From: Eledone cirrhosa
Taxonomy: Eukaryota
Assembly (NCBI GenBank): GCA_964016885.1
Contig: OZ024743.1
Coordinates: 84,940,001 to 85,004,000 of the forward strand
Reading direction: 5' to 3'
Length of the DNA: 64,000 nt
Below the pieces are notes generated by a model. That model was not told the DNA's origin and made no database searches. It saw only the letters and a list, made by a program, of their open reading frames with translations. Both the position numbers and the translations under genes were made by a program. Position 1 is the first letter of the stretch; each line of letters starts with the position of its first letter. Shown in pieces: positions 13,355-25,460 of this stretch.

Positions 13355-15783
13355 TCTTCCACTCTATCTCTTGCTCACTTCCTCTCTATCTCTTGCTCAC
13401 TTCCTTTCTATCTCTTGCTCACTTCCTCTCTCTCTCTCTTTCTCACTTCCTCTATATTTCTTTCTCACTTCCTCTCTATCTCTTGCTCACTTCCCCTCTC
13501 TCTCTCTTTCTCACTTCCTCTATATTTCTTTCTCACTTCCTCTCTATCTCTTGCTCACTTCCTCTCTATCTCTTGCTCACTTCCTTTCTATCTCTTGCTC
13601 ACTTCCTCTCTCTCTCTCTTTCTCACTTCCTCTATATTTCTTTCTCACTTCCTCTCTATCTCTTGCTCACTTCCCCTCTCTATCTCTTGCTCACTTCCTT
13701 TCTATCTCTTGCTCACTTCCTCTCTCTCTCTCTTTCTCACTTCCTCTATATTTCTTTCTCACTTCCTCTCTATCTCTTGCTCACTTCCCCTCTCTCTCTC
13801 TTTCTCACTTCCTCTATATTTCTTTCTCACTTCCTCTCTATCTCTTGCTCACTTCCCCTCTCTCTCTCTTTCTCACTTCCTCTATATTTCTTTCTCACTT
13901 CCTCTCTATCTCTTGCTCACTTCCCCTCTCTATCTCTTGCTCACTTCCTTTCTATCTCTTGCTCACTTCCTCTCTCTCTCTCTTTCTCACTTCCTCTATA
14001 TTTCTTTCTCACTTCCTCTCTATCTCTTGCTCACTTCCTCTCTCTCTCTCTTTCTCACTTTCTCTATATTTCTTTCTCACTTCCTCTATATTTCTTTCTC
14101 ACTTCCTCTCTATCTCTTGCTCACTTCCTCTCTATCTCTTGCTCACTTCCTCTCTCTCTCTCTTTATCACTTCCTCTCTATCTCTTGCTCACTTCCTCTC
14201 TATCTCTTGCTCACTTCCTCTCTCTCTCTCTTTCTCACTTCCTCTATATTTCTTTCTCACTTCCTCTCTATCTCTTGCTCACTTCCTCTCTCTCTCTCTT
14301 TCTCACTTTTTCTATATTTCTTTCTCACTTTCTCTATATTTCTTTCTCACTTCCTCTCTATCTCTTGCTCACTTCCTCTCTCTCTTTCTTTCTCACTTTC
14401 TCTATATTTCTTTCTCACTTCCTCTCTATCTCTTGCTCACTTCCTCTCTATCTCTTGCTCACTTCCTCTCTCTCTCTCTTGCTCACTTCCTCTCTCTCTC
14501 TCTTGCTCACTTCCTCTCTCTTGCTCACTTCCTCTCTCTCTTGCTCACTTCCTCTCTTTCTCTCTTTTTCTTACTTCCTCTCTATCTCTTGCTCATTTCC
14601 TCTCTCTCTTGCTCACTTCCTCTCTATCTCTTGCTCACTTCCTCTCTCTCTTTCTTACTTCCTCTCTCTCTCTTGCTCATTTCCTCTCTATCTCTTGCTC
14701 ACTTCCTCTCTCTCATTCTTACTTCCTCTCTATCTTTTGCTTACTTCCTCTCTATCTCTTGCACACTTCCTCTCTATCTCTTGCTCACTTCCTCTCTCTC
14801 TTGCTCACTTTCTCTCTATCTCTTGCTCACTTCCTCTCTCTCTCTCTCTTTCTTATTTCCTCTCCCTCTTGCTCACTTCCTCTCTATCTCTTGCTCATTT
14901 CCCCTCTCTCTCTCTCTTTCTTACTTCCTCTCTATCTTTTGCCCACTTCCTCTCTCACTTTCTTACTTCCACTCTATCTCTTGCTCACTTCCTCTCTATC
15001 TCTTGCTCACTTCCTCTCTCTCTTTCTTACTTCCTCTCTATCTTTTGCTTACTTCCGCTATCTTTTGCTTACTTCCTCTCTATCTCTTGCTTCCTCTCTA
15101 TCTCTTGCTTACTTCCTCTCTATCTCTTGCTCACTTCCTCTCTATCTCTTTCTTACTTCCTCTCTATCTCTTGCTCACTTCCTCTCTCTCTTGCTCACTT
15201 CCTCTCTATCTCTCGCTCACTTCCTCTTTCTCTCTCTTTCTTACTTCCTCTCTATCTCTTTCTTACTTCCTCTCTATCTCTTTCTTACTTCCTCTCTATC
15301 TCTTTCTTACTTCCTCTCTATCTCTTGCTCACTTCCTCTCTCTCTTTCTTACTTCTCTATATTTTGCTCACTTCCTCTCTCTCTTGCTCACTTCCTCTCT
15401 ATCTCTTGCTCACTTCCTCTCTATCTCTTTCTTACTTCCTCTTTCTCTCTCTTTCTTACTTCCTCTCTATCTCTTGCTCATTTCCTCTCTCTCTTGCTCA
15501 CTTCCTCTCTATCTCTTGCTCACTTCCCCTCTCTCTCTCTCTCTTTCTTACTTCCTCTCTATCTCTTTCTTACTTCCTCTCTATCTCTTGCTCACTTCCT
15601 CTCTCTCTTTCTTACTTCTTCTCTATATTTTGCTCACTTCCTCTCTCTCTTGCTCACTTCCTCTCTATCTCTTGTTTACTTCCTCTCTATCTCTTTCTCA
15701 CTTCCTCTCTATTTCTTTCTCACTCCCTCTTTATTTATTTCTCACTTCCTCTATATCTCTTTTTCACTTCCTCTCTCTCCTCT
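13355..15783. repeat. 2.4-kb pyrimidine-rich minisatellite (CTCACTTCCTCTCTATCTCTTG variants)
   Basis: Tandem ~20-26-bp units with strong strand asymmetry. Confidence 0.95.
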
Positions 15784-15821
15784 GGAATAAATTGGCTGAG
15801 AGGAGATGGGCTCCACCAGGT

Positions 15822-16041
15822 TTAGCCCTTTAGAATTTAAACTGGCCGTATCCAGCCAGAATTCTCCCACCTCTTTCTGTTCAAACCGGCCGTAACAAGC
15901 TGTTCATACTTATGTTAAGGTATTTTCTTTAAAATAAATAATATAACAATCTCGATATTATGTGAGATATTATGTGAGATAAAGTGTTTGCTGTGAAAAT
16001 ACAATAGTAAATATAGAGTAATGTAAATACTAAAGGGTTAA
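15822..16041. mobile_element. piggyBac-like MITE
   Basis: TTAG-CCCTTTAGAATTTA ... TAAATACTAAAGGG-TTAA inverted ends. Confidence 0.75.
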
Positions 16042-16516
16042 AATGTGCAAGAGATGTATATCACTATGGTGCCCTACCACTCTATCAGGTGTTACATTTA
16101 ATGATAATCTTTAAAATATGTAAAAAAAAATTTTAATTTTTAATAGAATGTTGTAGTTTGCTTGAAACATTATGTATAGTGTATAATGTAGAAAATGATA
16201 TGAATTGGCAGTCATTAGAACGTCAGATAGAAAGCTTTGCAATATTTGTTCCGGTTCCATTGTACTCTGAGTTCAAAACCCATAAGACCAGAACGTTTTG
16301 CTCTGAGAGTTCCCCACATTCCGAGGAAAGGATTTTTAAGTTCCAAAATAACAGGACATAAAACAAAAGATAAACAAATTTATACCAGTAACAAACTTTT
16401 TCATTGCCTTCATTTTACTGTCCATTTCACATTGTCTTAGCCTTCTTAAACGTGTCATTTTCTACATTATATTTAAATGTTTATTCTTTAAGTAAAATGT
16501 ATTTCTTTAAATTTAG

Positions 16517-16642
16517 TGAGAAAAGATAACTTAGAACATGAAGACAAGATAGAAAATGATTCTATGCTAGATGTAAAGACCACGGAAACAGAAAATGGGC
16601 TGCCATTTATTGAATCATCTACATCAGGAAAATTTGAAGACA
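16517..16642 (+). CDS. DNAI4: Probable DNAI4 exon d (RKDNLEHEDKIENDSMLDVKTTETENGLPFIESSTSGKFED), GC donor
   Basis: tttag acceptor and an open acidic frame in the poorly conserved linker. Only the A|gcgagt donor gives the required phase 1/1. Confidence 0.6.
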
Positions 16643-16869
16643 GCGAGTATCATTTTAGTAGTTAAATCTTCATAAATTGCTAACATCATCATTATCATCA
16701 TTTTTATATCCACTTTTCCATGTTACAATGGGTTGAATGGGACTTTTTGAGGCAATGTTTTACAGCTGGATGCTCTTCCTGACACTAACCTTTTTAGTTG
16801 CTTCTTATGATATGTGGGGATACAGTGTACCTATTCTAAACTGGATATAGATGGTTCAATTATATCCAT

Positions 16870-17365
16870 CCATCCACTGTATCTATCTATATAGTCAACA
16901 ACTATACACTGTATCTATCTATCCTGTCAACATCTACACACTGTATCTATATAGTCAACATCTACACACTGTATCTATCTATACAGTCAACATCTACACA
17001 CTGTATGTATCTATACAGTCAACATCTACACACTGTATCTATCTATACAGTCAACATCTACACACTGTATCTATACAGTCAACATCTACACACTGTGTCT
17101 ATCTATACAGTCAACATCTACACACTGTATCTATCTATCCTGTCAACATCTAGACACTATCTATATAGTCCACATCTACACACTATCTATCTATCCTGTC
17201 AACATCTACACACTATCTATCTATACAGTCAACATCTACACACTGTGTCTATCTATACAGTCAACATCTACACACTGTGTCTATACAGTCAACATCTACA
17301 CTGTGTCTATCTGTCCAGTCAACATCTACACACTGAATCTAGTTATCCACACATCTACACACTAT
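16870..17365. repeat. ~25-29-bp minisatellite (ACAGTCAACATCTACACACTGTATCTATCT)
   Basis: Tandem units. Confidence 0.9.
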
Positions 17366-17624
17366 TCACAATTTCTCTGTTCAGTTACCTGCTCTAGATT
17401 TTATCTAGTTGGCATGTGTGACCGAGTTATCTCCCCTACACGTTATCGGTATTTACCCTTTGTCTTTATAATCCACCCCTGATATTTCCACCTCAACCCA
17501 GAGTTGTTAATAACCAGTACATTATATCCCACCAACGTACATTCTGTCAATAACCCCGCAATAAGGGTGTGGGTGAAGTGGGCTTAGGGATGTCTAGATG
17601 GCAACAGTACTCTTTATCTTGGGA

Positions 17625-18350
17625 GGTACACTTTATCTTGTGTGGTAGACTTAATCTTGGGTAGTGGTAGACTTAATCATGGGTTATGGTAGACTTAATC
17701 TTGGGTTATGGTAGACTTAATCTTGGGTAGTGGTAGAGTTAATCTTGGGTTGTGGTAGACTTAATCTTGGGTAGTGGTAGACTTAATCTTGGGTTATGGT
17801 AGATTTAATCATGGGTTATGGTAGACTTAATCTTGGGTTATGGTAGACTTAATATGGGTAGTGGTAGAGTTAATCTTGGGTTGTGGTAGATTTAATCATA
17901 GGTTATGGTAGACTTAATCTTGGGTAGTTGTAGAGTTAATTTTGGGTTGTGGTAGACTTAATCTTGGGTAGGGGTAGACTTAATCTTAGATGGTAAATTT
18001 AATCAGTCACACTGTTCAGTTGTGTTGTGAGGTGAATGCATACCCTGTGTTGTGAGCTGAATCCATACCCTATACCCTGTGTTGTGATGTGATCCTATAG
18101 CCTGTGTTGTGATGTGATCCCATAGCCTGTGTTGTGATGTGATCCCATAGCCTGTGTGGTGATGTCAATCCATAGCCTGTGTTGTGATGTGATCCCATAG
18201 CCTGTGTTGTGATGTCAATCCATATTGAGGTGAATAGAATCTTGGGTTGTGGGGTAAATACATACCCATTATTGTGAAGTGAATCCATAGCCTGTATTGT
18301 GATGTGAATATATACCCTGTGTTGTGATGTGAATATATAGCCTCTGTCGT
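17625..18350. repeat. Two adjacent minisatellites: 21-bp TGGTAGACTTAATCTTGGGTT and ~22-bp CCTGTGTTGTGATGTGATCCCATAG-like
   Basis: Tandem units; the second array runs up to the exon e acceptor. Confidence 0.9.
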
Positions 18351-18363
18351 GGTTTTGTTTTAG

Positions 18364-18485
18364 AAGCCGACCTAATTAACTCAACATCGTTAAGTTCTAA
18401 TATCTCATCTCAGACCAAAGTTATGACACTGGGCAAAGAAATACTGGAGGATGAACCTGAGAAAATTGACGATAAAATATTACAG
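18364..18485 (+). CDS. DNAI4: DNAI4 exon e (ADLINSTSLSSN...EDEPEKIDDKILQ)
   Basis: ttttag acceptor (tandem TAGAAG), CAG|gtaaat donor, phase 1/0. Confidence 0.8.
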
Positions 18486-18491
18486 GTAAAT

Positions 18492-18790
18492 ACCACCACC
18501 ACCTCCTCCACCACCACCACTACTACTACCACCACCACTACCACCTCTACTACTACCACTAGCACCACCACCACTACCACTTATGCTACCATCACCACCA
18601 TCACTACTACTACTACTACCACCATCACTACTACTAATATCACCACTACCACCACCACCACCATTACCACTACTACTACCACCACCACTATTGCCACAAC
18701 ACCACCATCACCATCATTGCCACCATCATCACCACCGCCATCATCACCACTACCACAATCACCACTACCACCACCACCACCACTACCTCA
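18492..18790. repeat. (ACC/ACT)n trinucleotide tract; a similar (ACA/ACC)n tract is at 54508-54870
   Basis: Seen directly. Confidence 0.9.
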
Positions 18791-18850
18791 TATATATATA
18801 TATATGTATATAAATATATATCTATATCTATCTATCTATCTATCTATCTA

Positions 18851-19725
18851 GAGCAAATGGGCGACTGGCACATCGAATGTGCTCAGGCGCTCACAGTCCT
18901 CTGGCAAACGGACCCGGCGATCAGTGGAGACTCCACTTCGACATTCTATAGAGGGTTGGTCCGCAGCAAGTGTGACGACACGCTCGGAGAAACTCTAGGC
19001 GTATAGGAGGACGAACTGGCCAGTCTCTTTGGTAGGACCTTCCACCCAGGACCAATGGACAACTTCCAAAAGTCCCTGGCTTGGCAGTGCTACCGAGGAG
19101 CTCTACCGTCGCGCACGCATTTGTACACTGCCTGGGCGTTACCGACCTGTGGGGCTATGTAGAATGACTATTGTCGCGGGTGGGACCAATCCGGTTGACC
19201 ACCGAGTCCATTGTCATGATCAAACCGCCACCCTCCTTCATAAACGAGGGAGAGGCGGTTTTCCTATGTGTTATGGCTATGGTGAAAGAGGTTATATGGT
19301 GGACGAGGTTAAAAGGGCTGAGGTCAGACACCTTTCTCTCCGGCGAGCAACTGATTCGTTTTTTCAAATATCATTTTGGAAGAAGAATCAGGATGGAGAG
19401 AGAGGTGTTGTACCCCAGCAAATTTTATAAAAAGTGGGTGAATGTGGCAAAGATGGCCCGAGTGGTTGGGCCTTCTCTCTATATAAGCCTGTAGGTTGAG
19501 GAAAAAGAAGAGAGGAGGGGAGTACTCACTCTTGGTGCTCTTGGAGATGAGGGTTGTACATTTTTTTGTGGTGTGTACAACCCCTGTGTAACACCTCCCC
19601 TCCTATTGGGGATTTCAATTGTTATTTGTTATTGTATTAATAGTTTTATTTTCATATACTTGTATGTAAACTCCCCATTCGTATTTGTCCCCTTCTTTTG
19701 TGCCCTTGTGGCTAATAAAGAAATA
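18851..19725 (+). mobile_element. 5'-truncated Tx1/L1-clade LINE 3' end
   Basis: Homologous to 24035-24757 (AVFLC.MAMVKEVIWWTRL); ends AATAAAGAAAT; embedded in (TATC)n. Confidence 0.85.
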
Positions 19726-19744
19726 TATCTATCTATCTCCCTAT

Positions 19745-22700
19745 CTGCCTGACGCGTGGAACATCGCTAGTAAGCTTTTTTGTAAATTTCTATACAAAAA
19801 ACTGAACAAATTGTTTGAAAAAACATATCATTTTGTAGATTAACCCCCAAGCTGAATTGTCAGCTGGGTGGTAATCCTATTTTTCGCCGCTTTAGGGGTG
19901 AAAATTTCATTTAAAAATTGTTTTAAAAAATCAAATTTTGCCAACTATAAAACATGAATAGCTCGGAAAGAACGCTAGAGAACATCGACAGAGAGAAGAG
20001 AGGTAGAGAGGCAGATATTAACGTTATATTTGCTTCTACTACTATGGACGTAGCCATGAATATGACTGTCACCACTTGAAGATTTTAAAATTTCTACCGT
20101 CGAAGCGGAGAAAAAGAACACACAGGAAAACACAGGAATTAAACCTATTAATATACACACACATGAAAAAGACAACAACAACTCCATAGATACATCTACA
20201 CATAAAGTTTCACCTCGTCAAGAAATTGCGATTTCCAACACCGATGCTAACAACGATAACAACAACAACAACAGCAACACCACAAAAAAATATGTCTTTC
20301 GCTGAAACTGAACAAAAAACAAGATTTTATAAAGCTTGACATCTCCAATGCAAGAGATATGCTCCAGCAAGGGAGAAAATTTGTAACTTTCAAAGACAAG
20401 GGTGAGTTTAGAATCAACTCACCCCTCGAAATAAAAGAAGAGACAGTTCGAAGTACAGTGACCTTCAGGACTGTCTCAAACACAACGAGAAAACCAACAT
20501 TTGTGAGTCAAGCAGACATAGAAGCCACCTTGAAGGAGATTCTAGCAAATATTGTTTTCTTCAACGAGGAAAACAGTACGGAAGTATTTCTGTACTGTTT
20601 AAAAGCGAAGCACTCGCCCCAAAACATTCTGTGACACCAATGGTGTCAAAAGCATTCACCTTTTTCCCTACGTACATGGGAAAAAGGACACAAAAAATAA
20701 AAATAAAAAATATACCACCAAACATTAACATCTGGTGGATCTTGGCTGGCTTCGTAGAGCCAGAGACTGATGCTATTCTTTCAATACGAAAGTCTATTAG
20801 ACAAAGGTGGGCGGGTACTGATTTGGAGATTCTGATGCAAATGAAACCGGAGAGAGTCTCCAAAATACCCGAAAAAGTCGTCATCGACGACAACAACAAA
20901 ATAGACATTTCGGTGGAGGGGCGTAAACTTCATTGCTTTCGCTGTGGTAGCACAACACACCTAAAGGCCTCCTGCCCTTTACAAACACGATCAACCAAAA
21001 TAATACAAAAGAAAGCACTGTTACCAACACCAACACCAAAACAACCACCACCACAACAACAACAACTCACAAAACAAGCAAACGCACCAAAACAAACAGC
21101 CACTCAACCAACAACAACAGAAAAAACACAGACAACACCCCTGAAGAACACAGCCCCACTCCATCCCACTCCATCAAACACTACCACAAACACACACACC
21201 GAAACACCACCACCACACAACATACCCCTACCCCACACTCCTGACGATGATTATTCAACAACAGATGCGGCTGCTTCCCCTTCTTTAAGTGAAGAAGAAG
21301 GAGAGCCTCGGAAATCTAAAAAACAAAAAAAGAGACACCACAAAACCCCCAAAACTCCAATCACCAACACCAACACACAACCACAGACACAAACAACAAC
21401 ACAAACAACACCACAGTCAAACATCCTCCTACCAGCAAAACCAACACCAACACAACCCCAAACACAAGCACCCACCATAAAAAGAAAACTGGACGAACAA
21501 CAAACTAAAACAACACAACAAAAACACAAACAACAAGAGTTTGATGGAGGTCATCTCCCAAAACCCCAAGGTGGAGACAGAGGGCAAAACTTTTGTCAAA
21601 GCAGAATCATCTCCACACCTTAAACTTATAAGGGTTTCTATGGAGACCTATAGTGACCTGAAAAATAAATTTTCGCAAGACATGGGCAACCCCTGCCAGA
21701 AACCCATCAACCGCGTCCTGTTAAAATGTTTCCCCACTCCACCCAACACCCCTCCAGTACCCAAATGGAGATTGAACAACCCAATCTCCAGTAAACAAAA
21801 AGGTAAGTGCAACTTTTCGTCCTTTTTCTCCAACTCTTCACCAACATGGTTAGTTTACGAGTTGGAAGCGTGAATGTGCGTGGCCTAGGGATACCCTGGA
21901 AACAGGGCCAACTTTTAAACGACCTTAGGTCACACGGTATGGATGTAATAGCCATCACCGAGTCCAGGATCCACAACAGGCAGCAACTAACCCCCATCTT
22001 CGAAGACTTTGAGATCTACGCATCTCTTTGTCAGCCAGGAGGTGGAGGGGGACTGGCTGTCATATTTCGGAAGAACCTGAACGTCGAAGTACAGCAAGTA
22101 CACTTGGACCCGGAGGGTAGACTGGTTGTCCTAGACGTGAACAGTATTGGAGGTGGAGCCTTCAGACTGGTGGCTGTTTATGCCCCGACCGGGTAATCGC
22201 AATCACGGCCAGACTTCTTTAAGCGTCTAGAGTCTTTTCTGGGAACATCTCGCTCCTTACTTTTAGTGGGGGACTGGAATGGTATCCTAGATGCACGATG
22301 GGACTATGTGGGAGCATGTCCGAGTAGAAGGAGGTGCAACAGCCTCAAAACTTTAATCGGCCAATTCCAACTGGCCGATAGGTATCGACTGGATTTCCCG
22401 ACTGCACCACAGTGGACGTGGGCAAACCGCAGCGGGACATCTAGATCGTATTTAGATAGGTTCTTCATTAGAGAAAAGGAAAGGAGATGTTAAGCTGTCC
22501 ACAAATGCGCATGGTTGCCTACTCAGATCCCAAATTAGTCATCTGCTTAGTCAACCGTGATAGAACACATAGACAGGGACCTGGATACTGGAAGCTGAAC
22601 GCGTCGTTGCCGGCACGTAATGCTTTCAGTGAACGGATAAGTAGACTAGACAAGCAGCAGTTAACGGGAGCCATCGTCAACAATAGATGGTGGTACTCTC

Positions 22701-24757
22701 TCAAGAAAGCAATTAGAGTAGAATCGATAGGGTTTAGCAGAGAGTTAGCCTTAGAGAAAAACAAAATAGAAAGAGAACTAGTAGCCAAGGTAGAGGAGGC
22801 ACTTAGAAATGGTAACGCGGCTAGAGTGTTAACGTCGCGAACGGCACTAGACAAGTTCTTTGACGTGAAACATGAAGGCTGATTGGTCAGAAGCAAAACA
22901 CATGCTTTAGGAAACGAAGGAGCGAAAGCTGTCAGCTGGGCCTGAGTGGCGGAGGCAAAAAGTGGCAACAAGTCCACGATTCGGTCTTTGAAAGACCAAA
23001 ACGGACGTGTGCTACTTGACCCCGAGCGAATGCGTGCGGCCTATCAGCAGCACTTTGTACAACTGTTTGAGCAGAACGACGGTGAGCCAAATGGGGCAAT
23101 GGACTTTAGTTCATACCTAGGCAGCCTGACGCATCTCTCGAACACGGACGCCGAGGACGCCGAGTTCTGCGAAAGACCGATCACGGACACTGAGATATGG
23201 GACGGTCTGGGCCGCTGCGGGAAACGGTCTAGATGGTCTACCCTATGAGTTTTACATAGGCATGCCGGACTTGTTCTCTGGCATCCTCGAAGCCGTCTAC
23301 TGCAATTGGCAGCAGAATGGGAGAATTCCCAGTTCTGCAGGCAAGGGCGTAGTAATTCTGATCAGGAAAGACGAGAACAAGGGGGACGAAATTAACAACT
23401 TCAGGCCCATAACTCTGCTCAACACAGAGTTAAAGATTTTGGCCAAGGTGCTAGCGACGAAGTTGGCGCTTGTCGTCGAGAACCTGGTAGGGAAAGCGCA
23501 AACGTGTGCAATCTCGACCAGGTCCATACATGACAACCTCCACCTCATGCGATACATCATAGAGAGGGTGGGTAGTAAACTCGGCTTCGGTGGGTCTCTG
23601 ATCAATTTGGATCAGTCTAAGGCATTCGATAGGGTCGACCATCGATACTTGAAAGCGGTTCTCAAGGCGGCCGGTTTCGGTCCCGTTTTCAGAGGCTGGA
23701 TTGAGGCGATGCACACCAGCATCTGCTCGAGGGTCAAGGTGAACGGCTACCTATCGGAGCCGTTCGCAATCACGCGTTCCATTTGACAGGGATGCCCTCT
23801 CTCCTCCATTCTGTATGTATTGACTCCAGAGCCACTACTGCGGAAATTGGAGCTGTTGCAGGGCATCCCTCTAGAACCGGGACTGCGCAAAGCGCCGTCA
23901 GCTTATGCCGACGACGTGACAGTAATAGTATCGAGCACCTCGGAAATCAGGGTGATTGGCAACTTACTGAAAGAATACAAAACGCTGACGGGAGCAAAAC
24001 TAAACCTGGACAAGTCTGTCGGTTTGCAACTCCTGGCCTGGCAGTGCTACCGAGGAGCTCTACCAGTTTGTGACAAGATCTTCAGGCACGGGCGCCCCGG
24101 CAGGGATCCTTCCAAAAGGACGTGTCCAAGATGCGCGCAGGACATTGAAACCGTCCTGCACGCAATTGTACACTGCCCGGGCATAACCAACTTGTGGAAC
24201 TATGTAGAACAACTGCTGTCGCGTATGGGACAAATCCAGTTGACTGCCGAGTCCATAGTAAGGATCAAACTGCCAGCCTCTTTCAAAAACGAAAGGGAGG
24301 CGGTTTTCCTCTGTACAGTGGCTATGGTGAAAGAAGTTATATGGTGGACGAGATTGAGAGGACTGAGGACAGATGCCTTTCTCCCTGGACAACAATTGAT
24401 TCCCTTCTTTAAGTATCATTTTAGAAGGAGAATCAGAGTGAAGAGAGAGGCACTGCACCCTAGTAAATTTACTGAAAGGTGGGTTAATGTGGCAAAAATG
24501 GCCCGAGTGATTGGGCCTTCTCTGTTTATAAACCTGTAGGTTAAAGAAGAAAGGAGCACTTGCACAACATGCTCCTGAAGTTGAGGGTTCTATCGACGGG
24601 GTATTAAACAACCCATTTGTGGCGCTTCCCCCGTATTGGGGATTTCGATTGTTATAATTGTTTGTTTTATATCTTTTACACGGCTGTATGTAAAATCCCC
24701 AGCATGTCTTTGTATTGTCCCCTTTTCTTGTGCGCCCTTGTGGTAAATAAAGAAATC
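19745..24757 (+). mobile_element. Decayed full-span Tx1/L1-clade LINE: ORF1 with CCHC knuckle, ORF2 with APE and RT, internal deletion near 24033
   Basis: CFRCGSTTHLKASC; SVNVRGL, AVYAP, GDWN, NFRPITLLNTELKIL, LDQSKAFDRVDH, QGCPLS, AYADD; several stops; followed by (CT)n. Confidence 0.92.
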
Positions 24758-24782
24758 TTTCTCTCTCACTCTCTCTCCCTCC

Positions 24783-24822
<40 letters not shown>

Positions 24823-25082
24823 GTATATGTGTGTGTAAGGGAATCATTCTGTTATTACCATAACAGAAGTCCAATGAGCTTTTGATCCAGAGTTGGGTCC
24901 GATCGATACAGATTGAACCTTGAGTTGATCAATCACGAAACGCGTGTCAAATTTCAATAAATGTAATGAAAATTTAACATCTCGTCATATATATATATAT
25001 ATATATATAAATAACCAAATATTAATATGGTATTGAACCATCAAGACTGTTGAGGTATGTCATTATGTCATACATCAATTCA

Positions 25083-25150
25083 TGTATATTATCTGACGAG
25101 GACGTACTGAAAAAACAGCACAGTACCTTCGAAATATATATAATAAAACA
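25083..25150 (+). ncRNA. Minimal hammerhead-like motif (Penelope pLTR remnant)
   Basis: CTGACGA-GGACGTACTG..CAGTACCTTC-GAAATATATA; stem I imperfect. Confidence 0.5.
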
Positions 25151-25286
25151 TATTTTGATTATGGGAATGTCTTCATTTATTAATATTTTGAATAATATAT
25201 ATATATATATATATATATACGTTATTCCGGGTTGAATCGGAGGTAACCACAGTAAGTAAGGTACTCAATACATAGCAGAGTATAAC

Positions 25287-25423
25287 AGTTTTAATATAGA
25301 TGAGATTCTACAGGACTAGAACTGTTTCATTCATTAGAAATCATCAGGAATCTCAGGAGATTCCTGATGATTTCTAATGAATGAAACAGTTCTAGTCCTG
25401 TAGAATCTCATCTATATTAAAAC

Positions 25424-25424
<1 letters not shown>
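25287..25424. ncRNA. Perfect palindrome (68-bp arms, 2-nt spacer) with a hammerhead motif on each strand
   Basis: GAGATTC-CTGATGA-TTTCTAATGAAT-GAAACAG-TTCTAGTC-CTGTA-GAATCTC and its mirror copy. Confidence 0.8.

Positions 25425-25460
<36 letters not shown>

Noticed and set aside
13298-15833. Three overlapping 810-830 aa Leu/Ser/Phe ORFs
   Set aside because: All three frames are open only because the CT-rich repeat cannot form stop codons.
17625-18350. CRISPR-like regular repeats
   Set aside because: No unique spacers, no cas genes, and the DNA is eukaryotic.
18486-18851. Thr/Pro-rich mucin-like extension of exon e
   Set aside because: It follows a strong CAG|gtaaat donor and is a trinucleotide repeat.
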